Below, piece after piece: positions 1-8,722 of a stretch of DNA of 64,000 nt. The stretch's first letter is position 1; the number at the start of each line of letters is the position of its first letter. Below the pieces are notes generated by a model. That model had not been told where the DNA came from. It saw only the letters and a list, made by a program, of their open reading frames with translations, and did not search any database. Both the position numbers and the translations under genes were made by a program. Source of the DNA: Candidatus Cloacimonadota bacterium (GTDB lineage Bacteria > Cloacimonadota > Cloacimonadia > Cloacimonadales > TCS61); the NCBI GenBank assembly GCA_034660955.1, contig JAYEKK010000226.1:1966-65965 (forward strand), in the 5' to 3' direction.

Positions 1-1253
1 AATTTGGTCATCGCAGCGTGTTGGTATGTTCCGGCAGAGCGATGGAACCAGGCATCATTAGTTATATTTACAATAAAATCAACATCATTATTTGCCATCT
101 CTGTAGTAAGCTGAGGAAAGGCAATTTCAAAACAGATCAGTGGAGAAAATTTATAATCGTTAACTGAGTAATATTCCAGTTTTTCTCCATATTCCCAATT
201 AGCTTGCCCCAAGTGTACGTTCCACAAAAATGGGAAATATTTAAGGAATGGAATTCGCTCTCCAAAAGGAACTAAAATATTCTTATAATAAGAAGGATAA
301 ATTTTTCTGTTTTTCTTAATTAGAGTAGCAGAATTAAAGAACTTGAATTCATTTGGATGACCTTCACCCACATATTTATAGTGTGGGAATCCAGTAAAAA
401 TATCGGTATTTAACTCTTCAGATAAATCTAAAATCCATTTCCGATATTCCATCTGCCTCAATAAATAAACAGGTGTTGCTGATTCCGGCCAAATGATGAG
501 ATCAGTTTTTTCTTCTGCAGCTTTGTGGCTGAAATTTTCATAAAGTGCAAATGTTGAATCTCTATACAACTCTTCCCATTTTTTATCCTGCGGAATACTT
601 ACCTGAATAATAGAAACATTGAAATCGGTTTTTGTTAAATTAATTGTTTTAAGCCGGATAACTCCATAAGCAGACCACACAATAATGATTGCAGAAACAA
701 TAATTATATTTCGTTTAAAATTTCCTTTTAATTCAAAAAGAAGAATATTCACAAGTAAGATAAGTAACGAAAGAAGCGGCATTCCACCAAGCTCAACAGG
801 TTGAATGAACGGTAAATATTCTGCCAAAGAATATCCTAAATTGAACCATGGAAAACTGAATTCACCAAAATTCTGCAAGAACTCAAAACTTATCCAAACT
901 AGAATAAACCCAAGATAACCAAATTTTGAATTTTGCTGTTTTATAAAATAATAGAGTTGGAATACAATATAGAAATATGCAGCAAATAAGAGGAATGTTC
1001 CCAAATAGCCAGGAAAAGTAACTAACGAAATCCAGTGCAGACAGACAAGAGTGTAAGCAGAACCAAAAGCCGCTGCTGCTAAGAAGATCTCTTTCTTTTT
1101 TCGTTGTTCACTAAAGAAATAAAATAATGGGATGAAGGCAAAGAATACTAAAAATCCGAGATGAATGGGAAGTCTGCTCAATCCTAATAATGAACCCGCC
1201 AAAGCTGGGAAAAGATAAGCTTTAAGTTTTGTCTTAGTTTTTATTGAAACCAA
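1..1253 (-). CDS. lnt: apolipoprotein N-acyltransferase; C-terminal end runs off the window (not in ORF track)
   Basis: Own translation from TTG at 1253 gives MVSIKTKTKLKAYLFPALAGSLLGLSRLPIHLGFLVFFAFIPLFYF..., a multi-TM N-terminal half. At the window edge it reads ...ITNDAWFHRSAGTYQHAAMTKF, an Lnt-typical CN-hydrolase region. The start abuts the stop of the upstream ORF at 1255. Confidence 0.8.
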   Translation of the reverse strand, partial: MVSIKTKTKLKAYLFPALAGSLLGLSRLPIHLGFLVFFAFIPLFYFFSEQRKKKEIFLAAAAFGSAYTLVCLHWISLVTFPGYLGTFLLFAAYFYIVFQLYYFIKQQNSKFGYLGFILVWISFEFLQNFGEFSFPWFNLGYSLAEYLPFIQPVELGGMPLLSLLILLVNILLFELKGNFKRNIIIVSAIIIVWSAYGVIRLKTINLTKTDFNVSIIQVSIPQDKKWEELYRDSTFALYENFSHKAAEEKTDLIIWPESATPVYLLRQMEYRKWILDLSEELNTDIFTGFPHYKYVGEGHPNEFKFFNSATLIKKNRKIYPSYYKNILVPFGERIPFLKYFPFLWNVHLGQANWEYGEKLEYYSVNDYKFSPLICFEIAFPQLTTEMANNDVDFIVNITNDAWFHRSAGTYQHAAMTK

Positions 1254-1254
1254 T

Positions 1255-2091
1255 TTATTTCTCTTTAGGTTCTGAATATGTAAGTTTCCCAATCCATATT
1301 TCGTTATCAGAAAGTAGGATCACATTATCTTCGATTGAAAAATCGTTCCATTTATTTGTAGAAATTGCAAATTTACTATCACTTTTGGGATGATAGATAA
1401 AATAGTTTTTCAAAATGTATTGCTGCTGTTTTTCAATTTGGATATTACCATCAATTTCATTTTGGAATCGTCCTAAAATACCAAAAATTAACGTAGAATT
1501 TTTCAACTTATCATAGATCATGATCTCATTTTTTCCTAAATTAATTTTACTGGGATTGTTAAGCTGAAATTTCCCAAAAGTATACCAGTCAGATTGGCCG
1601 AATGTACGTGTTATTATTATTTCTTTGAATGCATTATCATAGATGTAATAAGTTTCATCAATAGCAACTGCTAGAAGCGCCGGTTCAATAAAATCGTTCA
1701 GGTTAAGTTCTGCAATAAGCTTTCCATCAATATCAAATTTTTTAATCTTTTTTTGGAAACTATCGAGCGCTAAAAGGTTACCATCCGGTGAGAGAGTGAT
1801 ATCTGCTAACTTATTAAAACTTGTAGATGTAAAACCAAGTCCACCAATTGTATTGATCTTTTTACCATTTTTATAAATATGAATTATATTAGCTTCTTTT
1901 TCTAAAACAAAAGCGGTTTTATTAATGGAAGAATAAAGGCATTTTTTAGGTACAAAATCTGTTTTGATCTTTTGGATTATATTAATTTTTTCCGGAATTC
2001 TATAATATTGCATTTCTATAGTTGAGCAGGCAGTTAAAAATAAAATGAGCAAGATAAAAGGTCTATAACTATGTCTTTTTGTCATGATCAA
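1255..2091 (-). CDS. putative lipoprotein with NHL/beta-propeller-like repeats
   Basis: Signal peptide plus lipobox (LFLTAC). Repeated segments such as LADITLSPDGNLLALDSFQKKIKKFDIDGKL resemble NHL repeats. 4-nt overlap with recJ. Confidence 0.55.
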   Translation of the reverse strand: MIMTKRHSYRPFILLILFLTACSTIEMQYYRIPEKINIIQKIKTDFVPKKCLYSSINKTAFVLEKEANIIHIYKNGKKINTIGGLGFTSTSFNKLADITLSPDGNLLALDSFQKKIKKFDIDGKLIAELNLNDFIEPALLAVAIDETYYIYDNAFKEIIITRTFGQSDWYTFGKFQLNNPSKINLGKNEIMIYDKLKNSTLIFGILGRFQNEIDGNIQIEKQQQYILKNYFIYHPKSDSKFAISTNKWNDFSIEDNVILLSDNEIWIGKLTYSEPKEK

Positions 2092-3824
2092 TAATCCTCT
2101 TGATCTTGTCTGGCAATTCGAAGATCTTTTAATTTTCCCTGAATTGACGTTCTTCCCTGCCAGATATTGAATTCTAAAGAATATGCGATATCAACATTTG
2201 AACCTTTTTTTAGGAATGGCAGGTAATCTCCCAGGTTAAACCCGATAAGATCGAGTTCACAGCCATCCTTCATAACTTTTAATTTGAGGTGATTCTTCCC
2301 TACATTATAAGGAAATCCGACTACCATAACCCGCTCTGTAAAAAAAGTGGGACGCATATTTCCGGGACCGAAAGGAGCAAATTTTTCCAACCATTCAAGT
2401 AGATTATCATTGATCTCAAATAATTCTAATTTTGTATCAATATTCAACGGTGGAATTAACTGCTCTTCTGTTATATGTTCTTTAACATATTTTTTTAATT
2501 TATTTTCAAGTAAATCTACATATTCCACAAGTATTTGCAAACCAGCAGCATATTTATGTCCACCGAAAGTTTCTAAATATTCTTCTACAGATACAAGCGC
2601 ATTAAAAAGATTAAATCCTGCAATACTTCTTCCGGAACCGCTTCCAATTCCATCCTTGAATGTTATCATAATTGATGGACGATAATATTTTTCTACCAAT
2701 TTAGAAGCGACTATACCAATAACTCCGGGATGCCAACCATCAGATGAGACAACTATAATTGGCGTTTCATCGATATTTTTATATTTCTTTTCGATAATGT
2801 CACAAGCTTCCTGGAATGTGCGTTGGTCTATTTGCTGTCTTAATGAGTTTTCTCTTTCAATGTTCTGAGCTAATTCTTCACTTTCTTCTTCGTTAACAGA
2901 GACCATAAGCTCAACAGCTCGCATTGCACTTCCCATTCTACCTGCAGCATTTATTCGTGGTGCAATTCCAAATACAATATCAGCAGAATTAAGCTCTTTC
3001 TTTGAAAGTCCGGCAAGTTTGATGAGCGCAGTTAATCCAATATTTTGTCTCTTAATCAGTCTTTCTAAACCGAGGCTGGCAATTATTCTATTTTCATCCG
3101 TAAGTGGAACAATATCGGCAATAGTTCCCAGTGCAACAAGATCTAAATATTTATCAATAAGTTCGTCTGTATTGATCTCTAATTGGGAATAAACCGCAAT
3201 GAGAAGTTTGTAAGCGACACCAACACCTGCAAGCATATCGTAAGGATATCCGCAACCTTTCATTTTGGGATTTATGATCGCAAATGCATTGGGTAATTCT
3301 TCTTTTGGATTATGGTGATCTGTAACTATGATATCCATTCCCATATCATTAATTTGTTCAACTTCTTCAATTGCATTAATTCCGCAATCTACACTTATAA
3401 TTAGTTTTGTTCCGTTTTCTTTGAGAATGTCAACACCACTTAAAGATAATCCGTAACCATCGATCATTCTATGCGGAATATAGTAATCAATATTAGCACC
3501 GATTTTTTTTAGTCCTAGATATAATAGAGCCGAGGAGGTTGTACCATCAACATCGTAATCGCCATAAATAGTTATTAATTCTTTTTTTTCAATTGCGGAT
3601 ATAATCCGTTCAGTTGCCTTTTTCATATCCTTATAAAGGAACGGATCGTGCATATTATTTAAATCCGGGTGGAAGAATTCTTCAATATCACCAATTTCAA
3701 TAAGTTCTTTTCTGATCAACATTTCTGCAATCATATCGGGGCATTTTATGTTTTCAACTATATGTTCTTTTTGTTTCTGTAGTTCCTCAGATAGAGGTTT
3801 AGATATTCTCCATTTTTTTTGCAT
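2088..3824 (-). CDS. recJ: single-stranded-DNA-specific exonuclease RecJ
   Basis: DHH family motifs (YGDYDVDGTTS, VDCG, VTDHHNP), a DHHA1-like GGHKYAAG, and typical length of 578 aa. Confidence 0.93.
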   Translation of the reverse strand: MQKKWRISKPLSEELQKQKEHIVENIKCPDMIAEMLIRKELIEIGDIEEFFHPDLNNMHDPFLYKDMKKATERIISAIEKKELITIYGDYDVDGTTSSALLYLGLKKIGANIDYYIPHRMIDGYGLSLSGVDILKENGTKLIISVDCGINAIEEVEQINDMGMDIIVTDHHNPKEELPNAFAIINPKMKGCGYPYDMLAGVGVAYKLLIAVYSQLEINTDELIDKYLDLVALGTIADIVPLTDENRIIASLGLERLIKRQNIGLTALIKLAGLSKKELNSADIVFGIAPRINAAGRMGSAMRAVELMVSVNEEESEELAQNIERENSLRQQIDQRTFQEACDIIEKKYKNIDETPIIVVSSDGWHPGVIGIVASKLVEKYYRPSIMITFKDGIGSGSGRSIAGFNLFNALVSVEEYLETFGGHKYAAGLQILVEYVDLLENKLKKYVKEHITEEQLIPPLNIDTKLELFEINDNLLEWLEKFAPFGPGNMRPTFFTERVMVVGFPYNVGKNHLKLKVMKDGCELDLIGFNLGDYLPFLKKGSNVDIAYSLEFNIWQGRTSIQGKLKDLRIARQDQEDY

Positions 3825-3852
3825 TTATCATTCCTTTAATATAAAAAATAAG

Positions 3853-4243
3853 CGTCAAAGAAGATATTAAGCCGAATTCTGTAAATTGCTTATTAAGCAA
3901 TCCAGTGTCTATTTCTCTAAACCGGATATTGCTATACCCGATCGGGTTCATTACTGACCGGTTTTAGCTGCCCACCCGAGAACTTAACAAGCCGGGCCGG
4001 CTCTTATTCTCCTATTTGGCATTGCACCGGATAAGGCTTTCCTAACTTCCCGATTCACACCGAGAATTGGTGGTCTCTTACACCGCCATTTCACCTTTTC
4101 CAAACATCAAATGATATCTGGTAGTTTATTTCTGTGGAGCTAGCTTTCTGTTACCAGAACTTCCCGTTAAGAAGTATCCTGCCCTTAGGTGTTCGGACTT
4201 TCCTCTCCGTGTTTCCACGCAGCAGACACTTTATCTTCTTTGA
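3853..4243 (-). ncRNA. rnpB: RNase P RNA, bacterial type A; ends approximate
   Basis: The minus strand carries GAGGAAAGTCCG (plus 4194-4205), ACAGAAA, GGTGAAATGGCGGTGTAAGAGACCACC and the 3' ACAGAATTCGGCTTA (plus 3868-3882). P1 pairing is CAAAGAAGATA / TATCTTCTTTG. The region has no credible ORF and is GC-enriched relative to its flanks. Confidence 0.85.
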
Positions 4244-4257
4244 CTACACTAATTATA

Positions 4258-4962
4258 TTATAAATGAGCTACAAGAATTCTTCCGCAACTTTCACAATAA
4301 ATTACAGATTTACTTTCTTTTATGTCAATAGCAACTTGAGGTCGAATAGTATACCCGCAACCACTGCAAGCATTATTATCATTAAATGCAACTGCTTTGC
4401 GATTTCTATTTTTTATTAAAGCAGCGTATCTTCGGATAAGATCCCTTGGAAGTTCTATTGCTAAAACATTCCTCTTGCTTTTTAGATCTTGGATATCTTT
4501 TTGTACTTCTTGTATTTCTTTTTCAAGCTTTTCCTCATTAGCCTTAAGTTCATCAGAAGCTTTCTTTTGTGCTTTTCTCTCTTCTTCCAGGCGCTCTTTA
4601 AGCTCAGATTCAACTTCCATTAACCCGATCAATTCATCATCAATTCCAGAGTTCTTTTTTTCCAAATGATTTATCTCACTGTTAAGTGCCTTATACTCTT
4701 TGTTGGTTTCGATAGTAAGAAGTTGATTTTTATATTTTGCACTTTTGGTGTTATTGTCTGCAATATCGAGTTCTTTTAATTTTTGACCTTTCTGATTTTC
4801 ATCAAGCTCACTTTTTGTAGCTGCTGCAGTTTCATCTGCATTCTTTAGAGATTGCTTTAAACTATTCAATTGCTGGGGTAATTCTTTTGTTAGAATATTT
4901 TTCTCCCCGATGATCGTATCGAATTTTTGCATTTGAACTAATATCTCTAATTGCTTATTCAT
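4258..4962 (-). CDS. coiled-coil protein with C-terminal C4 zinc ribbon (COG1579-like)
   Basis: Long heptad-rich K/E region followed by CSGCGYTIRPQ...CESCGRIL. The stop lies about 15 nt upstream of the rnpB 5' end. Confidence 0.7.
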   Translation of the reverse strand: MNKQLEILVQMQKFDTIIGEKNILTKELPQQLNSLKQSLKNADETAAATKSELDENQKGQKLKELDIADNNTKSAKYKNQLLTIETNKEYKALNSEINHLEKKNSGIDDELIGLMEVESELKERLEEERKAQKKASDELKANEEKLEKEIQEVQKDIQDLKSKRNVLAIELPRDLIRRYAALIKNRNRKAVAFNDNNACSGCGYTIRPQVAIDIKESKSVIYCESCGRILVAHL

Positions 4963-4985
4963 TTACACCCCTTTAATCATTTACA

Positions 4986-5018
4986 AACAAAAAAAGCATT
5001 TACCGATCGGTAAATGCT
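4986..5018 (-). terminator. Rho-independent terminator downstream of the FapA-like gene
   Basis: Perfect hairpin AGCATTTACCG-AT-CGGTAAATGCT (4995-5018), followed on the minus strand by a T-run (plus-strand A-run 4988-4994). Confidence 0.65.
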
Positions 5019-5123
5019 TTTATCATTTATACTAAAAATCTTTTTTATCTATTGTTTTAATCCACAGATACTTCACTTTACTCATACCCACTAATTATTT
5101 TTATTAACAAAAGATATTTAGAG

Positions 5124-6386
5124 CTATAATCTGTCAACTTCATTTATTTCCAAACCAGAATCATTTACTGTTATTTCAATATTAGTTTTTTCCTCAGAAA
5201 TTTCAAGAATATCTTTCAATATTCTGATATTTGAATTTGGATATACTTTTTCTTTAATTATTATCTTTAAAGAATCAATATTGTGTGATTTTTCTATTTC
5301 TTTATCAAACTCTAATTTCAATTCTTGTAATTTTGCTACAAGAGAGGATATTAAGGTCTCATCAACTTCCGAATCATTTCTTGCCTGAGTGAGTTTATTA
5401 ACAGTAATGCGTATTTGCTCTTTTAAAAACGGCGCAATTGCAATTTCTACTTCAGTAAGAATGCCAAGGGGACTTCCAATAGAAAAAACATCCAAACCTT
5501 CACCACTTTGGATAACTCCTCCGGAAATTGAACTGTTTTTTTCGGCTTCTATTATTCCATTTGCATAGATCAGACTGTTTCGAGAATTTTTATTTATCGT
5601 GATTTTTCCGGAAGCAATAATTTTAGAGTTTTCCGCATAATCAAAGATAATATTTCCATGAACTATAATTCCGCTATTATCACAATTTCTAATGTTTCCT
5701 TTAACCCAAAGATCACCAAAAACCTCTAAATTAGAATTTGAAATAACTCCATCAATTGTTGTATTCCCATAAATAGTTTTATTTGTATCGTGAATATCCT
5801 CTGAAATAAAAGTAGATTTCACACAAATTTTATTTTCATGATCGAAATACGGATACCCTGCTTCCGATGATAATATCTGATTTGTTTCTGCGGAATAGTA
5901 AACATTTTTACCTAAAATATCATCCACATTTACTTGAGGTTCTGGCTCTGAAGAGACCTCATTGCCCAAAACATCAATTCCACTCTCTTGCGCACCACTA
6001 ATAGAAATATCAGCCAGTGGTTGATCTTTTTCAACTTTTTCAAATTGAGATAAAGCATCCATTTCATAATGTTCATCAATATTAATACAAGACTCAGGAA
6101 CAAATTTATGCATTATCCCAGCTTTAGCTTTCCTAGCGGAAGCTAAAGCAATGAGGAATGGATTACCAATTTCTTTTAATATTCTATGTTTGATATTATA
6201 ATCTAATGCTTCTTCCAATCCATTCTTAATTCCCACAGAAGAGATAAGAGAAGATATTTCTTTCTCATCGATCATATTACCGTTATCTTCTATTGTGAGA
6301 TAGGCAGAAAGATTATCTTTTGAAATTGTTAAATAAAGTGTTTTATCTGAATTTGTATAAACTTTTCCATCAGTGTTATCATTCAT
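5124..6386 (-). CDS. FapA/DUF342 family protein
   Basis: Beta-helix-like repeats (GNIIFDYAENSKIIASGKITINKNS...ISGGVIQSGEGL) followed by a C-terminal coiled coil, typical of DUF342/FapA. Confidence 0.65.
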   Translation of the reverse strand: MNDNTDGKVYTNSDKTLYLTISKDNLSAYLTIEDNGNMIDEKEISSLISSVGIKNGLEEALDYNIKHRILKEIGNPFLIALASARKAKAGIMHKFVPESCINIDEHYEMDALSQFEKVEKDQPLADISISGAQESGIDVLGNEVSSEPEPQVNVDDILGKNVYYSAETNQILSSEAGYPYFDHENKICVKSTFISEDIHDTNKTIYGNTTIDGVISNSNLEVFGDLWVKGNIRNCDNSGIIVHGNIIFDYAENSKIIASGKITINKNSRNSLIYANGIIEAEKNSSISGGVIQSGEGLDVFSIGSPLGILTEVEIAIAPFLKEQIRITVNKLTQARNDSEVDETLISSLVAKLQELKLEFDKEIEKSHNIDSLKIIIKEKVYPNSNIRILKDILEISEEKTNIEITVNDSGLEINEVDRL

Positions 6387-6613
6387 TTTAAATACTCTCT
6401 CTTATAAAATCTATTATATTCATTCCCGTACTCTGCAATGCTCTTGCAATATATTTTGCACCTATTGTGTTCGTCTAACCCGGGTTTTGCAATCATTACC
6501 CTGATCTTCTTTTGTGCACCTATTAAGCCCTCATATACAAAAAACATTAATAAGTACTTGTATTTGGCGTCAACTTTTTTCTTACGTAATTCATTGGTTG
6601 ACACATAATTCAA
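6383..6613 (-). pseudogene. short ORF carrying a degenerate B12-binding-domain start (possible gene relic)
   Basis: KIRVMIAKPGLDEHNRCKIYCKSIAEYG resembles the start of mutase cobalamin-binding domains ([24 protein letters not shown].G). It is only 76 aa, and the DxHxxG glycine is lost. Confidence 0.3.
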
Positions 6614-6659
6614 GTAATATTTTTGTGCTTAATATTTCAACTAAAGGAGAGTGTAAAAA

Positions 6660-7901
6660 ATGTATTCTACTGCTGTTTTAGGCTGTGCATGGGGTGATGA
6701 AGCAAAAGCAAAGATCGTCGATGTTCTGGCAAAGGATGCAGACTATATCGTTCGTTTTCAAGGTGGGAATAATGCCGGTCATACAATTAAATTGAAAGAT
6801 AAAAAATATGTATTTCATCTCGTTCCTTCCGGAATTCTATATCCGGAAAAAACATGTCTAATTGGAAGCGGTGTTGTTATTGATCCATTTCAACTATTAG
6901 ATGAGATGAACAAACTTAAAGTACAGGGTATTTTGTTTGATGATAGATTTTTTATCGATCCGAGAGCTCAGATCGTACTTCCGTTACATCGTGAACTGGA
7001 TGGAAAAGCAGAAGCAGACAGTAAACAAACAAATATTGGAACAACAAAACGTGGAATTGGACCATGTTATTCAGATGCAATTGCACGCTATGGAATCCGT
7101 TTCGGAGATCTATTTGACAAAGAATACTTACGGGAACGCCTAGAAAATATTTTAAGATTTCATAATTATCCAATTTCTACAGTAGATAATATTTTAGATG
7201 AACTATCTGCTATCACAGAAAAGTTAAGACCATTTTTGAAGAAGATACCATATTTATTAAATGACGTTACAGATAAAAATATACTCTTTGAAGGAGCTCA
7301 GGGTGCATTGCTTGATGTAACATTTGGCACATATCCGTTTGTTACCTCTTCTCACACTATTGCCGGTGGAATTGCTATTGGAGCTGGATTTGGCAAAAAA
7401 GTAGATCGGACAGTTGGTATTTTTAAAAGCTATTATACCCGTGTTGGTAAAGGACCATTCCCCACAGAGCTGCATGATGAGACCGGCAACAAAATAAGAA
7501 TTCAGGGAAATGAATTTGGTTCTACAACTGGGCGTCCACGCCGTTGTGGTTGGTTTGATGCTGTTGCAGCCAAATATACAGCTATGCTGAACGGCATTGA
7601 TGAAATTGCATTTACTCTTCTGGATGTTCTATCCGGTTTTGATACTTTGAAAATTTGTACAGGATACAAGATCGGAGATACCATAACCAATGAATTCCCA
7701 CATTCTGCTAAAGCTTTGGAACAAGCAATACCTCAGTACATTGAACTTCCAGGCTGGAATGATGATATCACTGGAATCACAGAGTATGATCGGCTACCAG
7801 AAAACGCACAGAAATACATTGCGAAGGTAGAGGAGTTTATCGGTAGAAATATAACAATTGTTTCTGTAGGACCTGAACGGGGACAAACAATCTTCAGATA
7901 A
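6660..7901 (+). CDS. purA: adenylosuccinate synthetase
   Basis: Motifs GGNNAGHT, TTKRGIGPCY, EGAQGALLD..GTYPFVTSS, RVGKGPFPTEL, GSTTGRPRRCGWFD and SVGPER. The P-loop is atypical (GDEAKAK). Confidence 0.93.
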   Translation: MYSTAVLGCAWGDEAKAKIVDVLAKDADYIVRFQGGNNAGHTIKLKDKKYVFHLVPSGILYPEKTCLIGSGVVIDPFQLLDEMNKLKVQGILFDDRFFIDPRAQIVLPLHRELDGKAEADSKQTNIGTTKRGIGPCYSDAIARYGIRFGDLFDKEYLRERLENILRFHNYPISTVDNILDELSAITEKLRPFLKKIPYLLNDVTDKNILFEGAQGALLDVTFGTYPFVTSSHTIAGGIAIGAGFGKKVDRTVGIFKSYYTRVGKGPFPTELHDETGNKIRIQGNEFGSTTGRPRRCGWFDAVAAKYTAMLNGIDEIAFTLLDVLSGFDTLKICTGYKIGDTITNEFPHSAKALEQAIPQYIELPGWNDDITGITEYDRLPENAQKYIAKVEEFIGRNITIVSVGPERGQTIFR

Positions 7902-8036
7902 TTGCTAAATTGCTATAAACAAATAAATCTTGACAGTAAGACTTCCTATTTCAGTTTGTTCCAGCCTTTATAAAAAGGTATAAAATAAAGAGTTATCTGT
8001 TATATAGATTGGAAAAATTTTATAAGGAGAATTAAC

Positions 8037-8177
8037 ATGAAAAGGACTTATCAACCTCATAATAGAAAGAGGAAAAATAAGCACGGCTTTAGGTTAAGAA
8101 TGTCTACGAAAGCCGGTCGCAAAGTTTTAGCCAGAAGAAGAGCAAAAGGTAGAACTCGCTTGACCGTAAGCGATTAA
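8037..8177 (+). CDS. rpmH: 50S ribosomal protein L34 (below the ORF-track size cutoff)
   Basis: Own translation: [54 protein letters not shown] upstream. The stop abuts the rnpA start. Confidence 0.95.
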   Translation: MKRTYQPHNRKRKNKHGFRLRMSTKAGRKVLARRRAKGRTRLTVSD

Positions 8178-8492
8178 ATGCTATCTATAACCTTAAAAAG
8201 AGAATACCAGAATATTTATAAAGAAAATATTAAAATAGAAGGTAATCTCTTTATTTTTTTAAAGAAGAAAATACTTGAAGATTATTTTGCAGTTGGAATT
8301 GTAGTAAGTAAGAAAGTTGGCAATGCGGTTATTAGAAATAAAGTGAAACGTCGCGTTCGTGCCTTCCTACGAGAACATGAAGAATTACATCCGACTGGTG
8401 TGAAATTGGTAATTGTAGCAAAACCCGAAGCGGGAACTGCCATTTGGCAGAAAATTAAGGATGATTTAATCCAATTATTTGAAATAATATAA
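8178..8492 (+). CDS. rnpA: ribonuclease P protein component
   Basis: GIVVSKKVGNAVIRNKVKRRVRAFLRE (RNR-type motif). Position directly after rpmH. Confidence 0.9.
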   Translation: MLSITLKREYQNIYKENIKIEGNLFIFLKKKILEDYFAVGIVVSKKVGNAVIRNKVKRRVRAFLREHEELHPTGVKLVIVAKPEAGTAIWQKIKDDLIQLFEII

Positions 8493-8494
8493 AA

Positions 8495-8713
8495 ATGAAA
8501 ATTTTTAACAAAGCTGTTTTATTGATCATAACTTTTTATAGAAAATATATTTCTGTTGTCTTACCACCTTCTTGCCGGTTCACACCAACTTGCAGTCAAT
8601 ATTCATATCAGGCATTCTCTAAGTATTCATTCCTAAAAGCCCTGAAATTATCGATCTTCAGAATTTTAAAGTGTCATCCTTTTCATTCGGGTGGACACGA
8701 TCCACTACCATAA
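8495..8713 (+). CDS. yidD: membrane protein insertion efficiency factor YidD
   Basis: YRKYIS...PPSCRFTPTCSQYSYQAF...RILKCHPFHSGGHDPLP. Confidence 0.9.
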   Translation: MKIFNKAVLLIITFYRKYISVVLPPSCRFTPTCSQYSYQAFSKYSFLKALKLSIFRILKCHPFHSGGHDPLP

Positions 8714-8722
8714 GGAGAATTC

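Noticed and set aside
2347-2685. 112-aa plus-strand ORF inside recJ, and similar ORFs inside purA, yidC and the ATPase gene
   Set aside because: These are antisense to or nested in conserved genes, and their compositionally biased translations mark them as artefacts of AT-rich sequence.
4134-4331. 65-aa plus-strand ORF from the track
   Set aside because: It lies antisense across the 5' part of the RNase P RNA and the end of the zinc-ribbon gene. It has no RBS and low-complexity content, so it is spurious.
7902-8036. Possible oriC next to the rpmH-rnpA cluster
   Set aside because: There is no dnaA or dnaN in the window and no DnaA-box cluster or AT-rich unwinding repeats in this 135-nt spacer. 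purA lies immediately upstream.
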